A stretch of DNA of 64,000 nt, taken from contig OZ245002.1 in assembly GCA_965223415.1 (NCBI GenBank), forward strand, positions 960,001 through 1,024,000, written 5' to 3'. Shown here piece after piece: positions 1-9,359 of the stretch. How positions within the stretch are numbered: the stretch's first letter is position 1; each line of letters begins with the position of its first letter. The notes under the pieces were generated by a model that was not told the origin of the DNA, ran no database searches, and saw only the letters and a list, made by a program, of their open reading frames with translations. The position numbers were made by a program, and so were the translations under genes. The stretch is from Myxococcota bacterium (GTDB lineage Bacteria > Myxococcota_A > UBA9160 > UBA6930).

Positions 1-46
1 TCCGATGCTGTGTCCCCCGTCACGTTTTTGGGGCAGGCTTCCGGAC

Positions 47-1306
47 ATGACCGAGACACGAATTCCCGACGGCGAGGGGCGTGAATTCCGCGTCACCCTC
101 GACCGGGCCGGGACGCGCACACCCGAGCACCCGACGCACCCGCAGGTGAGCCTGCTCTCGCCGGACTTCTACGCCGGCCCCCATCCGCTCCTCACCTGGA
201 TGCGCGAGCACGCCCCCGTCTACTGGGACGACGCCACCGGCATCTGGGGAATCGCCCGCTACGCGGACGTCATGCAGGTCTCGAAGGACTGGGAGACGTT
301 CTGCTCGGGTGAGGGCTCGCGGCCCGACAGCTCGGTACCCAGCATGATCAACCGCGATCCGCCGGAGCACATCCTGCGGCGGCGCTTGATCAGCGCCGGC
401 TTCACCCCCCGGCGGGTGGAGGACCACGAGCCCTTCCTGCGCCGCAAGGTGAACGAGCTGATCGACGGAGTGTGCGAGCGCGGCGAATGCGACTTCGTCG
501 CCGAGCTGGCCACGCCGCTTCCCATGTACATGATCGGCGCCCTGATGGGCCTCCCGGAGGCGGACCACGAGAAGCTCCTGCGCTGGTCCGATCTCTTCGC
601 CACCGGTGGCGAAGAGGTGCTCGAGGACGTGGTGCCCGCGGTCCGGGACTACGCCGACTACATCATGGCCATCGTCGAGGAGCGGCGGGGCGGAGCGGGC
701 GAGGACCTGGTGAGCCTCGTCGTCAACGCCGACGTGGACGGCGAGCGCCTCAGCGATACGGACCTGATCTTCGAGACCATGCTGGTCCTCGTCGGCGGAG
801 ACGAAACGACCCGCCACGTGATCTCCGGAGGCCTCGAGGCGCTCCTGCGCCGCCCCGACGAGCGCCGCCGGCTCGAGAAGGACGCAGCCCTGCTCCCCAC
901 GGCCGTGGAGGAGATGCTGCGCTGGGTGACGCCCATCCAGAACATGAACCGCACCGCCACCCGCGACGTGGTGCTCGGCGGCCAGCGGATCCGCGAAGGG
1001 GATCGCATGCTGCTCCTCTACCCCTCGGCGAATCGGGACGAGCGCGTGTTCCCCGACCCCTTCCGCTTCGACGTGGGCAGGACGCCCAACGACCACGTCG
1101 CCTTCGGCGGCTTCGGCCGCCACCACTGCCTGGGGGCCCAGCTCGCGCGCCTGGAGCTGCGTGTGCTCTTCGAGGAGCTCTTCGCGCGCCTTCCGGACGT
1201 GGCGCTGGCCGATCCGGAGGTGGAGCTGCCGCGACGGCGCGGAAACTTCGTGCTCGGGCTGGAATCGATGCCGGTGCGCTTCACGCCGGCCGCCGCTCGC
1301 GGCTGA
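47..1306 (+). CDS. Cytochrome P450 (steroid/lipid-oxidising CYP125/CYP142-like)
   Basis: Heme-thiolate motif FGGFGRHHCLGAQLA, ExxR (EEMLR), I-helix GGDETT; ATG at 47 preferred over 5. Confidence 0.93.
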   Translation: MTETRIPDGEGREFRVTLDRAGTRTPEHPTHPQVSLLSPDFYAGPHPLLTWMREHAPVYWDDATGIWGIARYADVMQVSKDWETFCSGEGSRPDSSVPSMINRDPPEHILRRRLISAGFTPRRVEDHEPFLRRKVNELIDGVCERGECDFVAELATPLPMYMIGALMGLPEADHEKLLRWSDLFATGGEEVLEDVVPAVRDYADYIMAIVEERRGGAGEDLVSLVVNADVDGERLSDTDLIFETMLVLVGGDETTRHVISGGLEALLRRPDERRRLEKDAALLPTAVEEMLRWVTPIQNMNRTATRDVVLGGQRIREGDRMLLLYPSANRDERVFPDPFRFDVGRTPNDHVAFGGFGRHHCLGAQLARLELRVLFEELFARLPDVALADPEVELPRRRGNFVLGLESMPVRFTPAAARG

Positions 1307-1684
1307 TCAGTTGCGAGCGGCTGCCAGGCTCACGATCTCCGGGTAGAACGCCAGGAGCCCTTCGATCGCCGCGACCTGGTCGAAGGCGTCTTCGTAGGTC
1401 CACACCGCGTTCTCCGCCACGGCGTCGCCGCAGCGGAGGGTGTAGTAGCGGGCGTGGCCCTTGAACTTGCACCAGGTGGTGTGATGGGTGCGCTCGAGGA
1501 GGGCCGGGGCGACGTCTTCCCGCGGCAGGTAGTAGCGGGGCGGACAGCGGGATTCGCGGAGCACCCGCGCCCGCGAGCTCTCGGCCACGACCCGGCCGCC
1601 GAAGGTGACGCGCACCCGGGTCGGCTCGTCGTCGATCGTGATGCGGTGGTGCGGATGCTCCGCGTAGGCAGGCGAGCCGGCCAT
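1307..1684 (-). CDS. DUF427 domain protein
   Basis: RVRVTFGGRVVAES, PPRYYLP, TWCKFKGHARYY, ENAVWTY motifs typical of DUF427; ATG at 1684. Confidence 0.85.
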   Translation of the reverse strand: MAGSPAYAEHPHHRITIDDEPTRVRVTFGGRVVAESSRARVLRESRCPPRYYLPREDVAPALLERTHHTTWCKFKGHARYYTLRCGDAVAENAVWTYEDAFDQVAAIEGLLAFYPEIVSLAAARN

Positions 1685-1701
1685 GCGGGGTAGGATACGG
1701 C

Positions 1702-2580
1702 ATGAACGACGCCTGGGAGCTGGACGAGCTGCTCGCCGTCCTCGAGCCCTCGGAGACCGGCCCGGGGCGCTTCCGCGGCACTTCGGCGCCGGCGCGCCTG
1801 CGTCCCGACGAAGGGCAGCGCGCCATGGTGGACGGAAGCCAGCTCCTCGCCCAGGCCCTGGTGGCCGCACGGCGCACCGCTGACGACCGCTTCGTGAAAT
1901 CCGCCCACATGATCTTCGCGCGAGCTGCCAGCGCAGCCGCCCCGGTCGAGCTGCACGTCGACCCTCTTCACGCTGGCCGCAGCTTCAGCAGCCTCTCCGT
2001 CGACGTCCGCCAGGGCGAGCGCGCCTGCGCCCGCGGCCTCTTCCTGCTCGACACCGGCGCCCCGGACTACGTCCACCACGCCATGCCGATGCCCGCCGTC
2101 CTCCCGCCGGAAGACGCCACACCTTTCGCCTACCCCGTCCGCGGCCGGGAGATCCGCATCGCCGAAGGCGCGGACTTCCGGGATCCCGACGCCATCGGCC
2201 CGCCCCGCCTCGACGCGTGGATCCGCTACACCGCCCCACCCGACGACCCGGCCCTCGGGCAGGCCCTCCTCGCCCACGCCTGCGGCCCCTTCACCATCGG
2301 CACCTCCATGCGCCCCCATCCGGGCTACGGCGAAGCCCTCGCCCACCACACCCTCACGACCGGCGTGCTCTCCCTCACCGTGCACTTCCACGAGCCCTCC
2401 GCCCTCGAGGGCTGGCTCCTCTACGCCCACGAGAGCCGCCACGCGGGCCGCGGGCTGTGCGACGGCGACGGAAAGATCTTCGAGCGCGGCGGACGGCTGG
2501 TGGCCTCGTTCCAGCAGGCGGCGCTGCTGCGGGAGATGGCGTCGGGAGTGTTCGGAAAGGATGTGCGGGCGCGGTTCTGA
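1702..2580 (+). CDS. Acyl-CoA thioesterase II (TesB-like, double hotdog)
   Basis: DGSQLLAQALVAA, VKSAHMIF, GRSFS, GRGL...GRLVASFQQ. Confidence 0.85.
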   Translation: MNDAWELDELLAVLEPSETGPGRFRGTSAPARLRPDEGQRAMVDGSQLLAQALVAARRTADDRFVKSAHMIFARAASAAAPVELHVDPLHAGRSFSSLSVDVRQGERACARGLFLLDTGAPDYVHHAMPMPAVLPPEDATPFAYPVRGREIRIAEGADFRDPDAIGPPRLDAWIRYTAPPDDPALGQALLAHACGPFTIGTSMRPHPGYGEALAHHTLTTGVLSLTVHFHEPSALEGWLLYAHESRHAGRGLCDGDGKIFERGGRLVASFQQAALLREMASGVFGKDVRARF

Positions 2581-2800
2581 GCGGGGGCGGCGTGGAGGTG
2601 CGGGCGGCCTTCTTGCCTGTGGGCGCGGAGGAGGCGCGCCGGTTCGGGCGCGACCTCCGGTCTCCGACGCACGTGCGGAATGCCATCCGCTACGTGCTTC
2701 TGAAAGCCCGGCGGCACCTGCGGCAAGCGACCGGCGTCGTGCCGCTGGATCCGGCCTCCTTGGCCCGCTGGTTCGACGGCTGGAAACGAGAAGCGTCCGT
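2581..2800 (+). pseudogene. Remnant of a Y1/HUH (RAYT-like) transposase
   Basis: From 2655 reads LRSPTHVRNAIRYVLLKARRH...LDPASLARWFDGWKR, resembling the catalytic-Tyr helix and C-terminus of RAYT-like proteins; no HUH core and no start codon. Confidence 0.5.
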
Positions 2801-2872
2801 TCTGGTTCGCGAGGCCCGCACCCGCCCCGGCGGCCATCTCCGCGCCGTCGCCCGCCGCGATCGACCCAGCCC

Positions 2873-4390
2873 CTAGGCGACCCCCGGCCGTCGCTCCCCC
2901 CAAGGCCGCGCCGCCTCCAGCTCGTACGCCAAGCCGAGAAGCGTCCCCTCCTCCCCGGTCCGCGCCGCGAAGTGGCTCCCGATCGGAAGTCCGTCGGAGC
3001 TCCAGCCGAGGGGCACGGACATGGCCGGCTGGCCCACGGCGTTCCAGGTCGGCGTGTAGGACACGTAGTCGAAGAGGGGCTCGCGGATCTGGTCGAAGCT
3101 GAGGGTGCCGCCCTGGGTTCCGAGGCGAATTGGCGGGGTGCGCAGCACCGGGGTGAGCAGCAGGTCGTAGCCCTCGAAGAAGGCGGCCATCTGGCGCTGG
3201 TACTCGGCGAAGAAGGCAACGCCGCGCTCCGTCGTGTCGGCCGGCTGGCGGCGGAAGTGCTCAGCCATGCCCAGGGTGACGGGCTCGAGGACGTCTGCGG
3301 GATCGAGGCCGCGCTCCCGGGCGGCGGCGACGAGGCCGGCGGGGCCGGAGGTCCACAGGTTCAGGAAGTGCTCGCGGAACTCGGGGCCTCGGTAGTCGGG
3401 GCCTGCGGGCTCGACCCGGTGGCCGAGCTCGGCGCACAGGGCCGCGGTGGCTTCGATCGCCGCCTTCACTTCCGGGTGGGCTTCGTCGCCGTAGGCGTTG
3501 GCGGTGTGGAAGGCGATGCGCAGGCGGCGGCCCCGAGGCCCGTCCACGACGCCGGTCGGCGGGAGCTCCCGGCCGGCGTCGTGGCGCTCGGTCACGGCCA
3601 GGTAGTGGGCGCTGTCGCGCACCGTGCGGCTCACCGCGTGCTTCACGGAGATGTCGAGGGCTCGATTGCGCGGCTGCTTGGGGTTGCGCCCGCGGCTCGG
3701 CTTGAGCCCGAACACGCCGCAGCAGGAGGCGGGGATGCGGATCGAGCCGCCGCCGTCGGAGGCCTGGGCCATGGGCAACATGCCGGCGGCCACCGCCGCC
3801 GCGGCGCCACCGGACGAGCCGCCGGTGGAGTGCTCGAGGCTCCAGGGGTTGCGGCAGGGGCCGAGCAGCGCCGATTCGGTCGTCGCGACCAGGCCGAACT
3901 CGGGCGTGTTGGTCTTGCCGAGCACCACGAAGCCGCCCTCGAGGGTCTTCTCGGTGTGGGGGGAGCTCTGGGCCGGCACGTAGTCGGCGAACAGCCGCGA
4001 GCCCATGGTGGTGCGCACGCCGGCCAGATCGTTCAGGTCCTTCAGCAGGAACGGCACCCCCCGGAAGGGGCCGTCCGGCAGCGGACCCTCGGCCCGCTCG
4101 AGGGCACGCTCGAACACGCGGGTGACCACCGCGTTGATCGGTCCGTCCAAGGCCTCGATGCGTGCGATCGTCCGCTCCACCAGCTCGCGGGGAGTCGCCT
4201 CACGGCGGCGCACCAGCGCGGCCTGGCCGAGGGCATCGAGACCTTCCAGTCCGTCTCCGCGGTCGGCGGCAGCCGGCGGAGAGGCCACGGGCTCGAAGCC
4301 GAGACCGCCGCAGGCGGCGGCCCCGAGGCCGGCGGTGACGATGAGGAACTCGCGCCTCCGCAGGCGCGCGGCGAAGCCGGTCGAACTCAT
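2873..4390 (-). CDS. Amidase-signature family protein with Tat/lipoprotein-like signal
   Basis: GGSSGGAAAAVAAG, SDGGGSIRIPAS, LLKDL, GKTNTPEFG; N-terminal LRRREFL + hydrophobic stretch + AAAC. Confidence 0.92.
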   Translation of the reverse strand: MSSTGFAARLRRREFLIVTAGLGAAACGGLGFEPVASPPAAADRGDGLEGLDALGQAALVRRREATPRELVERTIARIEALDGPINAVVTRVFERALERAEGPLPDGPFRGVPFLLKDLNDLAGVRTTMGSRLFADYVPAQSSPHTEKTLEGGFVVLGKTNTPEFGLVATTESALLGPCRNPWSLEHSTGGSSGGAAAAVAAGMLPMAQASDGGGSIRIPASCCGVFGLKPSRGRNPKQPRNRALDISVKHAVSRTVRDSAHYLAVTERHDAGRELPPTGVVDGPRGRRLRIAFHTANAYGDEAHPEVKAAIEATAALCAELGHRVEPAGPDYRGPEFREHFLNLWTSGPAGLVAAARERGLDPADVLEPVTLGMAEHFRRQPADTTERGVAFFAEYQRQMAAFFEGYDLLLTPVLRTPPIRLGTQGGTLSFDQIREPLFDYVSYTPTWNAVGQPAMSVPLGWSSDGLPIGSHFAARTGEEGTLLGLAYELEAARPWGERRPGVA

Positions 4391-4466
4391 GGGCGGGTCG
4401 CTCCCTGGCCGCAGTCTAGTGGCTTTCGTTGCCGAGGGGCCGCGGCCGTGATAGCTCCCGCAGGCC

Positions 4467-5852
4467 ATGGCTCATCCCAGCGAGGTCGTCGTCCTCACGC
4501 CGCCGTCGCCGAGCGGCGGGCGCGGCAGCCTCCGCGAGGTGGGCTGGCTCGCCTACCCGGTCATCCTGAGCCAGATCTCCAGCACGGCGATGGGTGTGGT
4601 CGATTCCGCGATGGTCGGCCGCCTGGGCGCCACCGAGCTCGCCGCCGTGGGCTTCGCGGGAATCTGGTGCTGGACGCTGTTCTCGTTCTTCTACGGCACG
4701 GCGACCTGCGTGCAGACCTTCGTGTCCCAGGACCACGGCGCCGGGCGCGAACGCCACTGCGGGCACTGGGCGTGGCAGACCCTGTGGCTGGTCGTCCCCG
4801 CCGCCGTCCTGGCCGCCGCCGTCCTCGCCCTCGTGGCAGGCGAGGCACTGCGCCTGCTGGGGCCCTCCCCCGAGCTCCAGGAGAGCGCCGAGGCCTACCT
4901 CCGCCCCCGGCTCCTGGGCTCCGTGGGCATGAGCCTCGCCTTCGTGTGGATCTCGTTCTTCCGGGGCATCGGCGACACCCGCACGCCGATGATCGCCGCC
5001 GTGGTCGCGAACGTGATCAACGCGGTGCTCGACTACGGCCTCATCTTCGGGGAGCTCGGCCTGCCCGAGCTGGGCGTGGTCGGCGCCGGCACCGCCACGG
5101 CTGTCGGCGAGTGGAGCTACGCCCTGTTGGTGCTGGTCCCGGCCCTCCGCTGGCGGCGGGTGCGCGAGACCTTCGGCACGGCGCCGGTGGGCCCGCGGCC
5201 AGGCGACCTGCGCCGCCTCCTGCGCACCGGGGTCCCAGTCGGCGGCCAGTGGGTGATGGACATGCTCTCCTTCGCCGTCTTCACCACCTTCGTCGCCCGC
5301 ATGGGCGACGCTTCGATGGCCGCGAGCCAGGCCTTCGTGGCACTCCTCTCCATGTCCTTCATGCAGGCTTCGGGGATTGCCGTCGCCGCATCGACCCTCG
5401 TCGGCCGCTACATCGGCGCCGGGGACCTGCAGGCCGCCGTTCGCAGCTTCTGGACCTCCCAGCTCTTCGCCGGCGTGCTTGCGGTGATGGTGGCCGCCCT
5501 GTTCCTGGCGGTTCCCGACGTGATGATGGGCATCTTCAGCGACGACCCGGAGGTCATCTCCCTCGGCGCGCCGCTCGTGCGGCTCGGCGCCTTCTTCCAG
5601 CTGATGGACGCCGCCGCCATCGTCTCCTCCGGCGCCCTCCGCGGCGCCGGCGACACCCGCTGGCCCTTCGCGGCGCAGACGCTGCTCGGTTGGGGGCTCC
5701 AGGTGCCGTTGGCGTGGCTCCTCGGCGTCGCCCTGGGCGGCGGCCTTCGCTGGGCCTGGGTCGCCGCGACGATCTACATCACGATCCTGTCGGGCCTGCT
5801 GCTCTGGCGCTTCCGCTCGGGGCGCTGGCAGGAGATGGACATCCGCGCCTGA
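4467..5852 (+). CDS. MATE family efflux transporter
   Basis: About 12 hydrophobic segments; DSAMVGRLG...LAAV, RGIGDTRTPM, GALRGAGDTRWP. Confidence 0.93.
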   Translation: MAHPSEVVVLTPPSPSGGRGSLREVGWLAYPVILSQISSTAMGVVDSAMVGRLGATELAAVGFAGIWCWTLFSFFYGTATCVQTFVSQDHGAGRERHCGHWAWQTLWLVVPAAVLAAAVLALVAGEALRLLGPSPELQESAEAYLRPRLLGSVGMSLAFVWISFFRGIGDTRTPMIAAVVANVINAVLDYGLIFGELGLPELGVVGAGTATAVGEWSYALLVLVPALRWRRVRETFGTAPVGPRPGDLRRLLRTGVPVGGQWVMDMLSFAVFTTFVARMGDASMAASQAFVALLSMSFMQASGIAVAASTLVGRYIGAGDLQAAVRSFWTSQLFAGVLAVMVAALFLAVPDVMMGIFSDDPEVISLGAPLVRLGAFFQLMDAAAIVSSGALRGAGDTRWPFAAQTLLGWGLQVPLAWLLGVALGGGLRWAWVAATIYITILSGLLLWRFRSGRWQEMDIRA

Positions 5853-5892
5853 CCTCAGCCTGCCGACCGGGACCGGACGTGCGCGCCTGACG

Positions 5893-6411
5893 CTAGGCCC
5901 GCCAGTCCCGGTGCTGGAGGTAGGCCGGCTGGGCCCGGGCCTTCCGCTGCCTCCGGCCGAGCTGCTCCGCCAGCCACTGGAACCACTCGTGGGTGTCGTC
6001 GCGGCCCTGCTCCTCGCGCAGGGTCTCGACCCAGCTCTCCACCTTCGTCCAGAGCGTGACGATCGCTCCGCCCATCAGATCGTCGACGACCTCCATGGGA
6101 ACGATGCGCCGGAACACCATCACGCCGATGCTCTCGATGGTGGTGGACACCACCATGGCCAGGGTCTCCGCCTCGGCTCCGCGCTCGCGCAGCTCCGTCG
6201 CCGGCATCCGATCGGGGAGCGACAGCAGGAAGGTGTAGGCCCGTGTGAACTCCGCGCTCTGGAAGGAGCGGAGCAGCTCGATCGAAGCCGCCTCCAGGCG
6301 TTGGCGTCGGAACTGGCGGATCTGGATCACAGCGAAGGCGACGCCGCCGACGACGAAGAGGGCGCCGAGGATCTCGGCGAGATCCGCCAACGTGCCGAGC
6401 TGGGTTTCCAC
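5893..6411 (-). CDS. Hypothetical membrane-anchored protein (DUF4760-like)
   Basis: N-terminal TM helix followed by QIRQFRRQR; ESIGVMV and EWFQWL motifs. Confidence 0.6.
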   Translation of the reverse strand: METQLGTLADLAEILGALFVVGGVAFAVIQIRQFRRQRLEAASIELLRSFQSAEFTRAYTFLLSLPDRMPATELRERGAEAETLAMVVSTTIESIGVMVFRRIVPMEVVDDLMGGAIVTLWTKVESWVETLREEQGRDDTHEWFQWLAEQLGRRQRKARAQPAYLQHRDWRA

Positions 6412-6460
6412 GGCTGCCGATGGTAGGAGCGCCGGGCGCCGCGTGGTAGGCCGCGGCCCA

Positions 6461-7531
6461 TCAGCGCAGTGCGTCGAGGGGGACCACCGCCGTCTTCGGC
6501 TCCGGCGTCTCCTCCGCGCCGACCCAGCGCAGCGCCAGGGCGCCGCGGGCGTGGCCGGCCGTGTCGAGCCAGTTCGGCACCCCCGGGTCGCGGCGCGCCA
6601 CGACGATGCGCACCCGGCCGCTTGCGTCGGCCACGGCGGTGTGATGGTTCACGTGGGTCTGGTGGCTCATGAAGTCGAGGGACTCGAGCCAATGATTGCC
6701 GATCTGCAGGTTCCAGTACTCGCAATCGGGCGGATCGAGGTCGACGATGAAGGCCTCGTCCTCGTCGATCTCCCAGTAGCCGTAGTGGTAGCTGGTGTTC
6801 GGGTCGCCCTGGGCGAAGGCCAGGAGGCTCGGGTCGAGAGGCCGGATCTCGTGGCGGTGGGCCTCGAAGCTCTTCGTCCAGTTCAGGAACTGCGCGGTCA
6901 CGCCGTCGATCATGGCGGCGGCCCGGGTGAGCGAGCCCGCGAAGCGCGCGGGATCCAGGGGACGCGGCGGGGGCGGCTCGCCCTGGCGGACGAGCTCCAT
7001 CTCGGCGCTGCGTTGGCGCGCGCGCTCGAGCAGGGTCTGGCGCACCTGGAGCGAGTTCGTGCGCTCGCCCATCGGCAGCCAGTTGCCCGGCCGTCGCTCC
7101 CGGGAGACGGCGATCTCGAAGCCGCCGTCTTCCTCCACCTGCAGTGCGCCGCTCTCCAGGTAGCCGTCGCGCACCAGGCCCTCGGGCGTGCCGAGGCCGC
7201 CGGAGTAGGTGCCGAAGCCCACCATGTGGGCATCGCCCAGGCTACCGCGGATCGCGTACTCGGCCTTCGGATCGAGGCGCGCCTGGCCGTAGACGTAGTC
7301 CGGGTTGTCGAGGCCGATCTTCGGGGTCTCGCCGAAGAGGGGCTGGCGGGAGCCGGCGGGGCGTTCGACCGCGGTGCGCAGGAAGGCGCGGGTGAGCCGA
7401 CTCAGATAGCGGAAGCCCTCGGAGCGATCGAAGTCGTCGTCGGGGGCGGCGTCCAGGATGCGCTCGCCGGTGCGCTTCAGGCTGTCGCAGAGCTCGGCCC
7501 AGGCGGCGGCGTCCTTCGGGGTCTCGGTCAT
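6461..7531 (-). CDS. DUF1214-domain protein of the sulfotransferase-associated type
   Basis: EGFRYLSR, GLDNPDYVY, PGNWLPM, YWNLQIGNHWLESLD, DPGVPNWLDTAGH. Confidence 0.82.
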   Translation of the reverse strand: MTETPKDAAAWAELCDSLKRTGERILDAAPDDDFDRSEGFRYLSRLTRAFLRTAVERPAGSRQPLFGETPKIGLDNPDYVYGQARLDPKAEYAIRGSLGDAHMVGFGTYSGGLGTPEGLVRDGYLESGALQVEEDGGFEIAVSRERRPGNWLPMGERTNSLQVRQTLLERARQRSAEMELVRQGEPPPPRPLDPARFAGSLTRAAAMIDGVTAQFLNWTKSFEAHRHEIRPLDPSLLAFAQGDPNTSYHYGYWEIDEDEAFIVDLDPPDCEYWNLQIGNHWLESLDFMSHQTHVNHHTAVADASGRVRIVVARRDPGVPNWLDTAGHARGALALRWVGAEETPEPKTAVVPLDALR

Positions 7532-7541
7532 GGCACGCTCC

Positions 7542-8708
7542 TCAGGTCTCGATCGTCACGTCACAAGCCTCGAGGTAGGCCCCGAAGCGCTCGCGGATGG
7601 CTTCGGCGCGGAGACCGAAGCGCTCCGCCTCGTAGCGATGGGGTTGCGACGGGTGGGAGGCGATCCACTTCGCCATGCGCTCCTCCGAGCGCGCGTCCCG
7701 CGCCAGCCCGGCGCGCTCCTGGATCCGGCGCACGACGGCGAGAGGATCGGCGACGAACGCCTCGAAGGCCACGTCGACGAAGCGCTCGGGCTCGCGCGCG
7801 CGCACGGCGAGGGTGCGCTCGATGCCCCGCGCCCACAGCTCGAGCTGCTCGCGGCCCAGGGCCGCGTCGTCGGGCACCCGGTCGTTCGCGCGCCGCGCCG
7901 TGGCGTTCAGGCTGCAGACCGAGGGCACCGACTTTGCGGGATCCCGGTGGGTCATCACCAGCAGGGCGTCCGGCACGACGGCCAGCAGGGCGTCGAGAGC
8001 GAAGAGATGACTCGGGTCCTTCAGCACCCAACGGCGATCGGGATCGCCGCGCCCGATCAGCCGCAGCTGATCGGCCCAGCGCCGGTAGGCGGGCCCCATG
8101 TCGCAGCCGGCCCACCAGGCGGCGTAGGAGCGCACGCGCGCCACGCACTCGAAGGTCACGCTGGCGAAGCTCTGGCGCAGGAGGTTCCAGCACTCGTCCG
8201 CCTCGTCGGCAGCCATCGCGTGGATGGCGGCCATCTCGGGGGCGGCGGCGTGCATGGCCTCGGTGGCCTGGACGCAGCGTCGGTAGGCGGGGTGCGCCTC
8301 CCAGGTGGAGCGCGCTGGCCGGGGCATGGGACTCTGGGCCAGCCACAGCTCCAGGCCCTGGTGGCGCGGATCGCTGCACAGCATCTTCTGGAGCGCCGTC
8401 GTGCCGGTGCGAGGCAGCCCCAGGATCACGATGGGCGCCGGGATCCCGGCGGTGCGGAGCTCCGGGTCCGCCGCCATCGAGGCCTCGGCCTCGAGGCGTC
8501 CGCTGAGTGCCGTCACGATCAGACCCGCACAGATCTGCCGGCCGGCGGGGGAGAGGTCGGCGTCTTCGTCGAGGCTGCGCAGCAGCATGCGCAGACCGGG
8601 CTTGTACTCGTCGGGCCCGAAGTCCCTGCGCCCGGTGCGCTCTCGCGCCGCCGCTTCGAGCCGCAGCTCGGCTTCGGCGAAGGAGAGCCCGTCGAGGAGG
8701 AGCGCCAT
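7542..8708 (-). CDS. Sulfotransferase (mycobacterial-type)
   Basis: PAPS-binding loop GLPRTGTT, WVLKDPSH, THRDP...VPSVCS; ATG at 8708. Confidence 0.9.
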   Translation of the reverse strand: MALLLDGLSFAEAELRLEAAARERTGRRDFGPDEYKPGLRMLLRSLDEDADLSPAGRQICAGLIVTALSGRLEAEASMAADPELRTAGIPAPIVILGLPRTGTTALQKMLCSDPRHQGLELWLAQSPMPRPARSTWEAHPAYRRCVQATEAMHAAAPEMAAIHAMAADEADECWNLLRQSFASVTFECVARVRSYAAWWAGCDMGPAYRRWADQLRLIGRGDPDRRWVLKDPSHLFALDALLAVVPDALLVMTHRDPAKSVPSVCSLNATARRANDRVPDDAALGREQLELWARGIERTLAVRAREPERFVDVAFEAFVADPLAVVRRIQERAGLARDARSEERMAKWIASHPSQPHRYEAERFGLRAEAIRERFGAYLEACDVTIET

Positions 8709-8762
8709 GACGTGGGGAGCGTACCGCGGTCGGGGGGCGCGCGAGCTACGCTGCTCTGCGGC

Positions 8763-9236
8763 ATGCCGATCCTGAACCTCGTTCACGTGAACCTGCACGT
8801 CACCGACCTGGAGCGCTCGATCGATTTCTACGAGCGCCTGGGCTTCGAGGTGATGTTCGACCTCGGCCGCCACCGGTCCACCTCGACCGAGCCGATCCGG
8901 GTGAGCGACCGCGTCGCCTACGGCGGCGGCGAGTCGAAGGCGGTGGTGCTCTCGCTCGGCGACGACCCGCGCTGCGCCACCAAGATCGAGCTGATGCAGT
9001 ACGTCGACCCGCCTCCGTTGCCGAAGCCGCCGAAGCCCCCCGAGGAGGCGGGTGCTCACCGCCTGGCGATGCGGGTGAAGGACCTGGACGGCACCATCGC
9101 CGACCTGAAGGCGCGGGGCGTTCCGATCGACGACGCGCCCCACGAGGTGCGCACCATGGGCGGCCGCCAGCGCTACGTGTTGTTCACCGACCCGGACGAC
9201 AACCTGCTCGAGCTGATCGAGCTGCATCGGGCATGA
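8763..9236 (+). CDS. VOC/glyoxalase family protein
   Basis: HVNLHVTDLERSIDFYERLGF, IELMQY, FTDPDDNLLELIE. Confidence 0.88.
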   Translation: MPILNLVHVNLHVTDLERSIDFYERLGFEVMFDLGRHRSTSTEPIRVSDRVAYGGGESKAVVLSLGDDPRCATKIELMQYVDPPPLPKPPKPPEEAGAHRLAMRVKDLDGTIADLKARGVPIDDAPHEVRTMGGRQRYVLFTDPDDNLLELIELHRA

Positions 9237-9335
9237 GCGAGCTGCGGAGCTGCTCGGCATCGAGGCCCCGATCGTGCTGCCGGGCATGATCTCGGAGCCA
9301 CCCCTCGTCGCGGCGGTGAGCGAGGCCGGCGGGCA
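9233..9335 (+). pseudogene. 5' remnant of a nitronate monooxygenase/FabK-like gene
   Basis: ATG overlaps the VOC stop; a shifted frame reads AELLGIEAPIVLPGMISEPPLVAAVSEAGG, the typical N-terminus of this family, then runs into the convergent gene. Confidence 0.6.
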
Positions 9336-9359
9336 CCCCAGGCGGGCCGGACCCGACGC

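Noticed and set aside
11..34. CCCCCGTCA...TTTTGGGG upstream of the P450, as a third copy of the 42-bp motif or a match to 49470-49512
   Set aside because: Similarity is limited to short G/C runs with different spacing.
2561..5890. Very long alternative-frame ORFs (e.g. 2561-5890, 24848-28354, 44692-49005, 57835-61188)
   Set aside because: Arg/Gly/Pro-rich shadow frames of real genes, expected in high-GC DNA; no family motifs.
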